Below, piece after piece: positions 14,234 to 26,082 of a DNA stretch of 64,000 nt. Position numbers and translations under genes: made by a program. The DNA lies in NCBI GenBank assembly GCA_012295275.1, contig CM022670.1, positions 12,896,001-12,960,000 on the forward strand, in the 5' to 3' direction. The stretch's first letter is position 1. Each line of letters begins with the position of its first letter. The stretch is from Chrysomallon squamiferum (Eukaryota > Animalia > Mollusca). The notes below the pieces were generated by a model. The model saw only the letters and a program-made list of their open reading frames with translations, made no database searches and was not told the DNA's origin.

Positions 14234-14631
14234 GTATGATTATGTTCATTTTTATGTTGCTTTATGAAAGCATAATGCTATATTTTTTTGTTCTAAAGAA
14301 ATTGAACTTACAATTGTATTGTCTGAATAAAATTTTTATTTTTAGTTTTAATCTTTATAGCTATAGCCTTATTTGAGTGCCAAGAATAATTTGAATTTAT
14401 TTTAAAACATTAATACCTTTGTCACACTTGCATATATTTTTTTTCTTCTGTTGATATACATTTTATTTTTGTTTTATCAAAAATACAGTTATGTCTCTGC
14501 TGAATTAAAATTTCCCATGATTAGCTTAAATTATTGAATGTAAGGATTTAAACAAAATATTTTAGAAGAGAATAAAAGTAACAAACACAATTTCTCTTAA
14601 CTTTTAAACTGAAGAATGTTTTTAATTTCAG

Positions 14632-14727
14632 AAACGGTTGTCAGATTTCAATCGATTCAGACTCGAAGAGATTCCACCTCGACTGGAAACAAAACAAAAA
14701 CTGCTGAAGTTGTTTGAGGAAATACAG
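14632..14727 (+). CDS. MACF1: Spectraplakin exon, plakin domain
   Basis: ttcag|KRLSDFNRFRLEEIPPRLETKQKLLKLFEEIQ|gtatt. Confidence 0.9.
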
Positions 14728-15280
14728 GTATTGTTTTTGCATACATTAATAAAGTGGAAATGATAATAATTTGAAAAAAAGAAATATGTAAACCAACTAA
14801 CATTCTCAACTAAATAAATAAAAATAATAACTGAATAATCAGGCTGACATTAACAAAATGTCTTTCTGAGAATTTTATGACAGGATTGTTTGCACAGAAT
14901 TTGTTTTTCTTTCTTTTTTTAAATAAGCAAAATATAATGTAAAACATATTTCACTGAAAATTTATTTTACTGATTCAAAAGCTGTTATTCATTTCTATTG
15001 TTGTTGTTTTTTTAAATATATAAATGAATTCATAAATAAATATTAAAGTACAAGAGTATAATTATATATTTATCCTTATACAAAACAGAACCAAAAAGTG
15101 TGATCTGAATGTATGAATAATAAAATGTTTTTCATTGAAACTCAAAACTGGAAAAATTTGTATTAAATAAATATGTTGATGTTACCAGTGATAATTTGTT
15201 TTAACGTTTGTTTATAGTGTATCTCAGACATTGTCTGATAATCTAACAACCAGTGACAATTTTTCTTTATCATTTGTCAG

Positions 15281-15411
15281 GGATTGACATCAGACATGTC
15301 ACAAACAGGAATCAGCGAAGAACTTCTTCCAGAAAACATCATTCGTCTGTGGAACAAGTTTGTTGCAGTGCAACAAGAAAAAGACATGGCTTTCCAGGCC
15401 GAAATACTTAG
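15281..15411 (+). CDS. MACF1: Spectraplakin exon, plakin domain
   Basis: gtcag|GLTSDMSQTGISEELLPENIIRLWNKFVAVQQEKDMAFQAEILR|gtaat. Confidence 0.9.
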
Positions 15412-16380
15412 GTAATATTATCTTTTTATTCATTTATTTATATTTTTAAATTAAATTTTCACTCAGAATACTGGAATTTTGTGTGAAGTTATAAAACCCC
15501 CATCAGAATTAGTCCATATCAGTTTTGAGTCTTGTCCAAAATATATCAATGTCACACGTGTTCTAGTATGTTACAATGGTTAATCCTAGTGCATGTTAAA
15601 TTATTTATGTAGTCGTTCTTTTTTTTTCTTCTGTGCAGGTGTTTCTTCAGGTTATTTTCTCTGAGTATGCAATTTTTTGGATAACAGGTGTTACAACTTC
15701 ATTTAATCCCAGCATTAATTCCACTGAATATTTTCTTTAATACACCCATAAAAATGTCATCTGGATGACAGATTGATTACTTTATAATTTATCTTTTATT
15801 TAATTTTTTTTTTTTTTTATTTTTTTATGTGGTAATAATGGATTAGAATCATTCTAGAAAATCTGACTTTCTGGTAATTGCCATTTCTTATAGTTTCAAA
15901 CGAATTTTGTGTCCATTATAAAATAATTTTTTTTTTTAAATCTGTATTTTATATTTAAAAATAACAAAAATAAATAAATAAATAATAATATAAATAAAAG
16001 TTACTATATAACCCCAAATTTTGTTCTTTGGTCATTCTGCAATTTTCCTGTAATTTAAGTCTTTTATTGTTAAATAGATCTAAAACATAAGATTTCAGAC
16101 TACAAAACATGTACAATTTGGACTTCTAAATCACAATGTATTATTCATTCAAATAAAGCGGATATTTATAAATTGCTTTACTAAATAATAATTTTGATTC
16201 TTAACTGCATTTATCATTTTTTTCTCAATTTAATAACTGTTGCAAATCTGTCTTGCTGCGGTGTTATTCATTCTTTCTTTCTTAATTTAAATTGTTATCA
16301 TTCCTTAAATGCATCTGTCAGTGAATTCTTGTCTTTCACATCTTTAAACAAATTTTAATAAACATTTTCTTTTTTCTCAG

Positions 16381-16638
16381 ACTAGAGAGACTGCAGCGAC
16401 TGGCAGAAAAGATCCACAGAGAGGCAAAGTACAATGAAGACACATTACGGGATCAGGAGATACGCATTGGCGAGGAAGAGGCTCGCGTTGATGTCATACA
16501 TCCATTTGAAGCTAAGAGAAGCTGTGACGCCATTGACCGATCACTGAGAAATGTGGAAGAGAACTTGAGAGGTTTGTTCCGAGATCTGCACAGTCTGCAG
16601 GATGGAAAATATCCTCAAGCAGATAACTTGTATAAAAG
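16381..16638 (+). CDS. MACF1: Spectraplakin exon, plakin domain
   Basis: ctcag|LERLQRLAEKIHREAK...LFRDLHSLQDGKYPQADNLYKR|gtgag; LERLQRLA is a plakin hallmark. Confidence 0.92.
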
Positions 16639-16679
16639 GTGAGAGTAATTGTGATTTATATACATTATATATATATAGG

Positions 16680-16801
16680 TTTTTTGTTTTTTTTACTGTT
16701 TGTTGATTGATTTATATTTTTAATTATTAATATTTGTTTGTTTTTTGTTTTTTTTACTGTTTGTTGATTGATTTATATTTTTAATTATTAATATTTGTTT
16801 G
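16680..16801. repeat. Perfect 61-bp tandem duplication in an intron
   Basis: 16680-16740 is identical to 16741-16801 (TTTTTTGTTTTTTTTACTGTTTGTTGATTGATTTATATTTTTAATTATTAATATTTGTTTG). Confidence 0.85.
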
Positions 16802-17061
16802 TTTTTATTATTACTTTTTTTTTAATCTCAACATTGTGACTTTGATTACAGTGCATATTACATATAAATAAATAATAAGTGTAAAAATGGACCAAGCAAT
16901 TTTTTTTTATGTTTGCATTTGTTGTTTTTTCAATTTTACTACTACTAATAATAATAAGTTGACTTTTTTTCTGAGTTGTCTTCCTGATCTATTCAGTATT
17001 TCAGTCTCATATTTCTTTTTAAAATTTTCCTGCACTGAGTTTGATCATCACAATTTTTCAG

Positions 17062-17266
17062 AGTCTCTGACATTCAGTCACAACTGTCACAACTGCGCAC
17101 TCGTCTCTACAGCAATGTCATTCAGCGGTTGTTGTCCAAGACATATGTGGAAGAAGGGAAAACAACAATACGTCGAACCGAGGTTGTGACTGAGGTGAGG
17201 TTAGTGGAGACTCACCCAGCTTTCAAACATGTCCAGGACTGTCTTGACTGGATTGAAGAAAAACAG
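17062..17266 (+). CDS. MACF1: Spectraplakin exon, plakin domain
   Basis: ttcag|VSDIQSQLSQLRTRL...HPAFKHVQDCLDWIEEKQ|gtatc. Confidence 0.9.
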
Positions 17267-17582
17267 GTATCAGTTATCTGCCCTTACTGTTTCAAATGTC
17301 ACAGTCCGTATTTTAATGCTATATTGACTTGTAATTAAATTTATGTACAATTATTGTCATTAGAAAAGGTTATGCAAGCTTTGAAAACTGATTAAATATT
17401 CTAGAATAAAAATCTAAGTTGACAGTGGACAAACAAAATGAAAGGACAGACATTCAAAGTAGAAAAGATATCCAAAATTAAAATTAAAAAAATTAAACTA
17501 ATCTTTTAAAAAATTGTTTTCATTGTTTTCTTGTTTCATACTTTCTTTAATATTAAGGTCTTTGTATGCTGACTTTTTTTAG

Positions 17583-17711
17583 AAACACCTTGAAAATGCT
17601 GAATATGACAGCGATGTTTCCAGAGTGGAATCTCTGATTCAGGCACATCATCGTGAGCACCAAGAAGTTCTAGCATTCCGTAAAGAAATTGACAGATGCA
17701 TCAATGACAGG
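17583..17711 (+). CDS. MACF1: Spectraplakin exon, plakin domain
   Basis: ttag|KHLENAEYDSDVSRVESLIQAHHREHQEVLAFRKEIDRCINDR|gtcag. Confidence 0.9.
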
Positions 17712-17894
17712 GTCAGTTCGTGTTTCAGGGTTTCCTTGTAATGATAGTTTTTTAAACTTGAAGTATTTTTTAACTTTTTATTAGTTTTATTTTTTTTTAA
17801 ATTTTATATGCCTAATTTTCTGTATTTTTAACGTGTGTGTGTGTGTTTATATATATATATATATATACTTAATGTGCTGCATTTTTCCTTCTAG

Positions 17895-17972
17895 AAAACC
17901 TTGTCATCTGAAGAACAGAAACTCTACACACAAACATTGTCCAAAGTAGAAGTGGCCTATTCCCTGTTATCT
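17895..17972 (+). CDS. MACF1: Spectraplakin exon, plakin domain
   Basis: ctag|KTLSSEEQKLYTQTLSKVEVAYSLLS|gtaagt. Confidence 0.88.
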
Positions 17973-18398
17973 GTAAGTGTATTATTTTTTTATTCTGAAT
18001 AGTTTGCTTTTCATGCTGCTTAAGACAAAGTAATGACTTATTCAATCTAAAAAAATTAACTATATCTTTTTTAAGCATGTTGCAATCTGAATATTGAATA
18101 ACTTAAGTTAAACTAATTTTTGCATAATTCCATTGAAGAATTCAATAGTTAGACTGCTTCATTGATGTGTTCCCTGCAGTGGCTGTTTACATTTCTATAT
18201 AAGACCTCAACTAATGAGTTTTCCTGTAGGAAGATACATCTATAAAGGATTTCTTAGTTCCAGCTGGTAGTGATAACCACAGAGTTCAGATTCTTCTTTA
18301 TTTTTCAGAAATGATTGTTTGATTCATGATAATTCTTGATACCAAATTGTTTATCTATCACTAAACAAATATTCATTTTTTTATCTTTTAATTCACAG

Positions 18399-18560
18399 AA
18401 CACATCAAATCGGCGTCTCAGATGTCTGGAATCGCTTCATGAATTCCTTCAGGCTTCCATGCAAGAACTCATCTGGCTTAATGAGAAGGAAGAAGCAGAA
18501 ATCCGCAGAGACTGGGGATCCAGTAACCTCAATATTGCTGAAATTGAAGACCAACACAAG
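18399..18560 (+). CDS. MACF1: Spectraplakin exon, plakin domain
   Basis: cacag|NTSNRRLRCLESLHEFLQASMQELIWLNEKEEAEIRRDWGS...QHK|gtac; ELIWLNEKEE...DW plakin motif. Confidence 0.93.
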
Positions 18561-18760
18561 GTACTGAAAGAAACATCAGTGGTCTGACTATATTTTAAAA
18601 ATATTTCATTAGTACTTGCAGCTAAGCTAGTAAAACATAAAGATGCAGATAATAATCAGATGTTGTATTCTTTACTACTGTAATACATTGCTGGAAAAAA
18701 TTAAAACATTGAGTCAGATATTTGATGTTAATGTAATGGATGTTTTTTTCGTTTTTGCAG

Positions 18761-18865
18761 AGTCTGGTTCGACAACTTGAGGCTCAGGAGTCACAGTTCA
18801 ATGCCGTCCAGGAAAAAGGAGGAGCCATGATCCTTGACAGACACCCAGCCTCAAAAATTGTTGAA
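18761..18865 (+). CDS. MACF1: Spectraplakin exon, plakin domain
   Basis: tgcag|SLVRQLEAQESQFNAVQEKGGAMILDRHPASKIVE|gtatgt. Confidence 0.92.
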
Positions 18866-19009
18866 GTATGTGTTTGTTAGCATGTTACTTTATCTTTTCT
18901 CTGATTGCTCCACTTGCTTAAACAGAACATTTATTTTGAATTATTTCTTTATACTTACTTCTTCTTCTTCTTCTTTCTAAATCCCATTTATATTTTTTTT
19001 TTTTTACAG

Positions 19010-19105
19010 GCTTACATGGCAACAATGCAATCTCAGTGGTCATGGTTGCTACAACTTACAGCCTGCCTGGAAAATCATCTCAGATATTCCACATCATATG
19101 TACAG
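19010..19105 (+). CDS. MACF1: Spectraplakin exon, plakin domain
   Basis: tacag|AYMATMQSQWSWLLQLTACLENHLRYSTSYVQ|gtaaa; AY..MQ.QWSWLLQL plakin hallmark. Confidence 0.93.
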
Positions 19106-19423
19106 GTAAATTTTAAATTCTTTTTCTTCACTTTATCCTCCTCTTTTATTATTTCTATAACTGTTACTGTTGTTGTTGTTAATTGAATCTTCAAAGCAAC
19201 ACATTATTTTTATTTTTTTTAATGTAATATGAATAAATAAACAATAAAATTAAAGAGATAAGATAACTTTTATACTTTTATAAAGTATATCCATTGAAAT
19301 TTATACTTCTAAGAAATTGAATGTAATTTCTAAAGTTCTCTTATTTTAATTAACATTTATGTACAGTATAAATGTGATTAATAACTTTTAAATTTCTTTA
19401 TTTTTTTATTTTTTTAATATTAG

Positions 19424-19546
19424 TTTTTCGAAGAATGTCATCATTGTGACCAGTGGATAGCACGACAAACTGACCAGCTACAAAACCGGTACGCACGTGA
19501 TGTTGTGTCCAGCGATGAAGGACAGCACATGATGAGAGATCTGCAG
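19424..19546 (+). CDS. MACF1: Spectraplakin exon, plakin domain
   Basis: ttag|FFEECHHCDQWIARQTDQLQNRYARDVVSSDEGQHMMRDLQ|gtac. Confidence 0.9.
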
Positions 19547-19929
19547 GTACATTAGAGCAAAATATTAAATAATGTTTTGTATATTATTTGTTAACTCTCA
19601 CTGTGTTTAGTATAAATTATTAAATTTGGCTTTAATTTATTTATAAAAATCATTCATTCTTGGTTTTATTTTATTTTTTATTTTTTTTCTGTTTACTTTA
19701 ATTTTATTTTTCTTTATATGACTTGTAATACTTATTTTATTTTATTTGTTTCATTTTTGTTATTGATGTTCTATTTTATTGTTTATTTGTATTATTATTA
19801 ATTTTCAGTTTATCTTTTCTTCATTTACTTTTTATTACTGGTGTTTCATTTTATTTTTATTTTTTTATTATTATTAATTTTCAGTTTTACTTTCATTTTA
19901 TTTCACTTGATTCATTTAATTATTTTCAG

Positions 19930-20079
19930 GCAGTACAGGAGCAGATCAAAGAATATGACCGCCGGGTTTCTTCTCTAGTTCTCCGTAGCACAGAGATCTT
20001 ACCTATCCCCCAGCGCAGCCAGCCTGTGAGAGGAGGCTCAGTCAGGGTGCAAGCTCTGTGTAACTGTCAGCAGACAGAA
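19930..20079 (+). CDS. MACF1: Spectraplakin exon, plakin domain and start of SH3
   Basis: ttcag|AVQEQIKEYDRRVSSLVLRSTEILPIPQRSQPVRGGSVRVQALCNCQQTE|gtagg. Confidence 0.9.
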
Positions 20080-20516
20080 GTAGGTGGATTTGAATTACCT
20101 GTTACAACAACAGACAGGCTACCTGATACAATTTAATAGTATACACTGCACAGTCTGTTAATATAGTATGCTTGAGCATGACAAATATATAATTATTTTA
20201 GTATTTCAATAATGAATAATAAATAATAATAAATAAATAATGTTGATATATTATTATACAGCATAAAGTCTTTTTAAGTAATTTGTTTTAATACTGTTCA
20301 AAACAGACCAGTATAAATGTATTATTAATAAAGTATAATAATATACAGAACAAAATCTGTTTATATAAATATTATTAAAATGAGGAAAGTGTATTTAAAC
20401 AACTAGTGTTATTAATATTTTATCAGTAAATTCAATGATGTTTATTTCAGTAGCAGGCATCAGTAAATCTGATAATGTGAAATAATTAATCAGTTAAATT
20501 TGATTATCTTATTCAG

Positions 20517-20579
20517 ATTAGTTTCCAGAAAGGAGAAGAATGTATTCTGTTAGACAATTCACAGCATGCAAAATGGAAA
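20517..20579 (+). CDS. MACF1: Spectraplakin exon, SH3 insert
   Basis: ttcag|ISFQKGEECILLDNSQHAKWK|gtgagt. Confidence 0.92.
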
Positions 20580-20842
20580 GTGAGTATCATTGTGTTAATA
20601 ATCTCACTTTATTAACAATACAACCTGAATGATTTGTAGCCATTATTCATTATGGATAAAATTAAAAAGTTTTCCTGTTGATAGATAATTTTTATATGGA
20701 TTTTGTGAAATCTGCTGGAAATCCAGAACGTTTTAATGTTAAAATAATGTTCAGTTATGAATTTTCAATTGTTTTACCTGATTACCATGTATTTTTAACA
20801 CAGTCTCTTTGTAATATTAAATAACAATTAATTATATTGCAG

Positions 20843-20934
20843 GTGCGTACAGCAGTGGGACTGGAGGCTGTTGTTCCTTCTGTGTGTTTCATCATCCCTC
20901 CTCCCGACCCCGACGCCATTGAAAAAGCTAACAG
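20843..20934 (+). CDS. MACF1: Spectraplakin exon, end of SH3
   Basis: tgcag|VRTAVGLEAVVPSVCFIIPPPDPDAIEKANR|gtaaat; VPSVCF.IPPP plakin SH3 motif. Confidence 0.93.
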
Positions 20935-21136
20935 GTAAATACATATCTAATTTATATTGATAGATTAATGAATCATTTCTTGTTTTCTTAGTTCTCTGTG
21001 CAGTTTAATTGAAATCAGAGAGAGAGAGAGGTAACAGCCCAGCATCACTGAAAATATTGAATCACTTTACATGTGAATGTTACATAACTATCCTACAATT
21101 TGTTGTATTATAAAAGAGTTAATTTTGATCTTTCAG

Positions 21137-21251
21137 GCTGAAACTGCAAATAGAACATCTACAGAATCTGTGGAAAACACAACAGAGAAGAGTTAGATTG
21201 AACATGGTGCTAGCAACTATCAGACTGGTCAAGGGCTGGACTCTTAAACAG
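21137..21251 (+). CDS. MACF1: Spectraplakin exon, plakin domain
   Basis: ttcag|LKLQIEHLQNLWKTQQRRVRLNMVLATIRLVKGWTLKQ|gtact. Confidence 0.9.
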
Positions 21252-21382
21252 GTACTGCTCTTGTTATTGTCTTGTATATGATCCTTGTCAGTGCAGATGT
21301 ATTTATTTTTGGTTATCAGGAGCTGGAATGCTCAGTTTGAAGTTTTATTTAACAGTAAATTTTAATCCATTTCTCATTCTAG

Positions 21383-21557
21383 TTTATGTCGATGGACCCA
21401 AGTCAGAGAGAAGCTATTTGGCGAGCTCTGAAAGATGATGCTGAAAAACTTCTGTCTCGTGGTTCCAGTGGTGACCCTGATCTCATATATCTGGAGAGAG
21501 AACTCCAGGAATGTCACCAGATCTTCCGTCAGCTGTCAGCAGAAGCAGCAGCAGAAG
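21383..21557 (+). CDS. MACF1: Spectraplakin exon, plakin domain
   Basis: ctag|FMSMDPSQREAIWRALKDDAEKLLSRG...AEAAAE|gtgagt. Confidence 0.9.
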
Positions 21558-21728
21558 GTGAGTGATCAGATACACAAAATACACACTGATACCTTGACTT
21601 GATAATGTTATCTCAAACATTGAAGTGTGTATGTGTGTGTGTGGATGTGTGTATGTGTATATATATATATATATATATAAATAAGAAATTGAGCTGTATG
21701 GTAATTTTGTTACTTTTGTTATTATTAT

Positions 21729-21737
<9 letters not shown>

Positions 21738-21786
<49 letters not shown>
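21738..21786. repeat. (TA)n microsatellite
   Basis: About 24 TA units. Confidence 0.9.
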
Positions 21787-21792
<6 letters not shown>

Positions 21793-22004
21793 TTTATTTT
21801 ATCATTTGAAAGATTTATAATAAAGAACATATTTAAGCTATGTAGAGTTTAATACATAATAATTTATTTAAATCTTCCCTAAACTTAAATAAAGTACAAT
21901 GTTTTCATGTTGAATATGTTTCATGATTTTTAAATTTGAAATATTTTTCTCTCTCTCTCTCTCTTTTTTCATTCTTTTTTGTGTAACTAAATTGTATATT
22001 ACAG

Positions 22005-22162
22005 AAGCTCGACAGATGAGGACACCATCTCAAGACTTTCTCCAACAGCTGGACACAATAAACCGAAATCTCAGTGCGTGTGACCAGCAGCTGTCCACCT
22101 TGCTTCACAAACCAGTTCCAAACAGTCGAGACTCACTGAAACAGGCCACAGACAACTATGAT
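22005..22162 (+). CDS. MACF1: Spectraplakin exon, plakin domain
   Basis: tacag|ARQMRTPSQDFLQQLDTINRNL...LKQATDNYD|gtaag. Confidence 0.88.
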
Positions 22163-22489
22163 GTAAGAGTCTCATGTCTAACAGTTACTATATATGTGGA
22201 AGTTGTGATATAATACTAAATGGCAAATTAGTTATGAAATTCAGTTGATATTTTAGTATATGTAATGTCAAAAATATTCACTGTCCAGGTTCCTGTTTAT
22301 TTTGTTGTATATATGTAAATTAATTTTTTTAAATAAACTAACTAACTGTACAATTAGAGAACAAGACCTGTTAGTCGTTCCTGTTTAGAATCTTTGTAGT
22401 TACTTTTGGTAATATAAAGATGTCAATTAAGTATTATTAGTGTAAATATTGATGTTGAGGTGATAGTGTGAATTTTTTTTTTTTTTCAG

Positions 22490-22650
22490 GTTTTTGACAA
22501 CAGCATGACTTCATGTGAGAACAGTGTACAAGAACTCCAGGATTCCTACCTTTCAATGACACCACAGACCTCTCAAGTTGAATCTCGACTAAATCTGGTT
22601 GTACAGAAATTTGATCAGCTCAAAGCAATCTCTCACATCTATGTACAGAG
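22490..22650 (+). CDS. MACF1: Spectraplakin exon, plakin domain
   Basis: ttcag|VFDNSMTSCENSVQELQDSYL...ISHIYVQR|gtaat. Confidence 0.88.
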
Positions 22651-22921
22651 GTAATTCCTTCTCCCTTTTGTTTTTATAATTAACTTACTTTTTATATAAA
22701 TAAGAAATTATTTATTTCAAAAAATTCATTTTTACTTCTATTATTTTTCTTTTGTTTCTTTTTCTTTTCTAATTTGTTTTCTGTTTTTGCTGGCAGGCGA
22801 GAATTTGTTTATTGTTTTTATTTGTAAATAAATTTGTCATTGACTTTATTTTATGGTCTTGTTTACAGATGATATTGTTTTTGTTAATTTTTGAGTGACA
22901 AAAGAACATTACTATTTTCAG

Positions 22922-23060
22922 ATTGAAGAATGCTGACCTTGTAGTTTCTGGTTTAGAAGAAGTCAAACAAATTGTCTCTGACTATGAAATAACACTGGCA
23001 TCTCATGAAAACATGACATCAGAGCTGAAGGGTCTTAGAAATCTGAAAGAAGAACTCCAG
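22922..23060 (+). CDS. MACF1: Spectraplakin exon, plakin domain; followed by a GC-AG intron
   Basis: ttcag|LKNADLVVSGLEEVKQIVSDYEITLASHENMTSELKGLRNLKEELQ|gcaagc; GC donor in phase 0 matches the next exon. Confidence 0.85.
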
Positions 23061-23475
23061 GCAAGCTTTATAAAATAACTGTTATTATCAAAAAGCCAAA
23101 GTATTAAAATTATTTTCTTATTAAAATTATTTTCTAAGTAAAACATTTATATTTAACATGATATCAGGAATTTTAATTTATAGAAAATAGCAACAAATTA
23201 TGCTTCTGATATAGTTTTGAATAGTTATTTAAAGTGATACTGAAAATTTTAATGTACAATAAATGGTAATACGTTATGATTCTGATACAGCTAGGATTAC
23301 TATGTTTTGGCATATATGTAATCATAAATTTGCATATAAGGAATTTGTACCACTTGAGAAGTGAATACAGTATTTTGAAATTCTTAATTTATATGGCCAA
23401 GTATACAAATACTGTAGTATTTATAAAATCAAATTTATTCAAGAAAAGAAATAATGTTTTCTGTTTTGCTTCCAG

Positions 23476-23666
23476 GACTTACAGACCTCAATACAGCAGC
23501 AACAACCCAAAATTGACGCATTGAAACGTGATACTGTAACACTGAGAACTCTTGTTGAGAACAGTCGACCTGGTCTCACACACCACCACGATGTGGACAC
23601 CATTGAAAAAGATGTTGAAGACGTTGGGGTCAGATGGGATAATGTGTGCATCCAAGTTGTTGAAAG
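23476..23666 (+). CDS. MACF1: Spectraplakin exon, plakin domain
   Basis: tccag|DLQTSIQQQQPKIDALKRD...DVGVRWDNVCIQVVER|gtata. Confidence 0.9.
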
Positions 23667-24034
23667 GTATAACAAATATTTGTAGCAAGAAGAGTATATG
23701 AAATTCATTATTAATGTTGGTTTTATAGTGACAAAAAACAACTACAAAAAAACCAACAACAACAACATAAATAAAAAAATAAAAAAAAAAAATAAAAAAT
23801 TAAAATGGGATGTGTATAAATTGGAGTCTATATGAATCCTAGATTGAAAAAGAAAATAACTAAAAAATAATGGTATTTAAAACATAAAATTGAATGATTA
23901 AAATAATATTTTTACAATTTAAACAAAGGAAGTATGCCAGTAATGATGTCCAAAACAAGTTTTATTATTATTATTATTACAAAGTTATAATTCTTCTTCT
24001 TCTTCTTATGATTATGATTATTATTATAATGCAG

Positions 24035-24194
24035 GTTGCGTAGTGTAGACACTGCTGTGGACCATGCCTCTCTCTATCAGAATGGCCTAGTTGGAGAACA
24101 AGACTGGATAGATCAGATGCAGGCCAGGATAGAAACTCAGGCTCCACTTACTGGCGATGTTGACCAGGCCAAGAAATTACTAGAACCATCCATG
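24035..24194 (+). CDS. MACF1: Spectraplakin exon, plakin domain
   Basis: tgcag|LRSVDTAVDHASLYQNGLVGEQDWIDQMQARIE...LLEPSM|gtact. Confidence 0.9.
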
Positions 24195-24560
24195 GTACTG
24201 AAATCACATTTAAATACACATAGTTTTATTCTTTGCAGTGGTTTTAGAATAAAATAATAATAATGTGTTTTCTTTAAAATGTTTTATATTAGGCACTTTT
24301 CTTTTCAAAAAGAAAACAAAAGTAATAATAATAAAAAAAAAAAAAAAAAAAAAAATCCTGTTAGTCATTAAAAAAAAAAAAAAAGGAGTATTAGTAACCA
24401 AAAATCCCTTCAGTGTAAGTTTTTAATGAATGATTATCAGATATACAGTAAACATTTATTCTACATATTAATTTAAGATGAGCATTCATTTTATGAATTA
24501 TTAACGTCAGCTGTTAAATTATATCCACAAGTTTGACTGGTATAATGTGATATTTTGTAG

Positions 24561-24644
24561 GCAATCTACAATTCACTAGGAGAACGCAGACATCAAATAG
24601 AATCAGTAAATCGACATGGAGGCCAGTACATCAGAGAAGCCAAG
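24561..24644 (+). CDS. MACF1: Spectraplakin exon, last spectrin repeat of the plakin domain
   Basis: tgtag|AIYNSLGERRHQIESVNRHGGQYIREAK|gttag, 84 nt, phase 0-0. Confidence 0.9.
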
Positions 24645-24765
24645 GTTAGATTTGTTTCTTTTTTTACTGTTGATTTTTTCTTCATTACTCACTTTCTTCT
24701 TTTGCAGGATTTTTATTTCTATTTTTCTGAATTTTTTATTTTTTATATCACTTTGGAATAGAAGA

Positions 24766-24935
24766 CACATCGATGCATGCAGAGTGAACTAAAATAAAGC
24801 ACATTTTGATGCATGATGTGTGAATTAAAATAAACCATGATGCATGATGTGTGAGCTGCATGGCAGATTTTGTTTGCCAGATTAAATGTTTGTGATGCAC
24901 ACAGCACAGTTTTGTTTGCACTTTACTAAAGCATG
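24766..24935 (+). promoter_or_regulatory. Intronic cluster of RBFOX-type (T)GCATG splicing elements within a degenerate 31-36 bp tandem repeat
   Basis: TGCATG at 24774, 24810, 24841 and 24857, plus AGCATG at 24930, 130-290 nt downstream of the donor at 24644. Confidence 0.55.
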
Positions 24936-26082
24936 ATATGTGATAAAAGGAATTAAGCAGTGGTGATATGATTAAGGCAGAACTGAAACATAGTAGTGTA
25001 CTAAAATGTGACTAGAGTCTAACGTGTGAATTCATAAATAAAATATTTTATTTTAATGTGCCAACTAATGATACTGACAAACGAGACATTTCTAAGTTAA
25101 GATGTAAGTCAGAGTATAGTAAAACAGTATTGTTTTCTACCACAGGCACCAAATGTTTGTTTTTTAACAATTTTTTTATTTATTTTCATTCACCTTTTGA
25201 GTAATGGATGATTGCTCCTTTTGTCTCCTGGTATATGATGTTGCCTTAAAAAGAATTTAATGTAGCTAGTAATCATCCTATCATACTTACATATTGTTAT
25301 TATTATTTAGATTGTTGTTAACAAAACCTGGCTTGGTTTGTGACAATGATAATTTTGTTTTGTTTCCAATTATTTATTATTATTTTATTTTGATTTTGTT
25401 TTATTTATATAATTATATTTAAAAAGAAAGAACTATATGAAAATTATTAATGTATTAGATATGAAATTAGTTAAATTTTCTTTGGTATATAGAAAATAAC
25501 ATGTCTTCATGTAACCTTGACCTTTGACCCAATCTAACACTACTAGCATTCTCATCCCCATTACCCAGTGTCCTTCATTCTTAGCATATCCTTTCTTGAG
25601 GGTTGTCATGCTTCAGTTTGAATTTTATTTTTTCTCTGTAGCTGAAAAAAAAATTGTAGATATCTGTTTTGCTTTGTCATGTAATTTTTCTGTTTGATAT
25701 ATGCATTTTTGAAAATAAACTATTCTGCCTCAAAGATATTTTTAGTTTTTCTCTTTTTTGTGAATGCATTTTTATTATTTTATTAGCCTTGTGATGACAG
25801 TCTGTGAAAAACAATATTCTGTTTCTTTTGTTTTTCTTATGTTTCATTTTTTTTAACAATCATCTGTTTTTTTCTTTTATTTTTTCAACATTTGCAGCTT
25901 GTTTTGTTTAGTTTACAGCTCCAGATTTGTTTTTGATGCTTGCCAACACCGCTTGCGACATACATTTTTGGTTTCTTTTATTTTGACTACTTACAATTTG
26001 CACAGCTCATTTTGCACAAGCTTTCTACTGCAAATGGAGGCCATTGGCTAGTTCGTGGCTCCCATCAGGAGTAAGTAACTCT

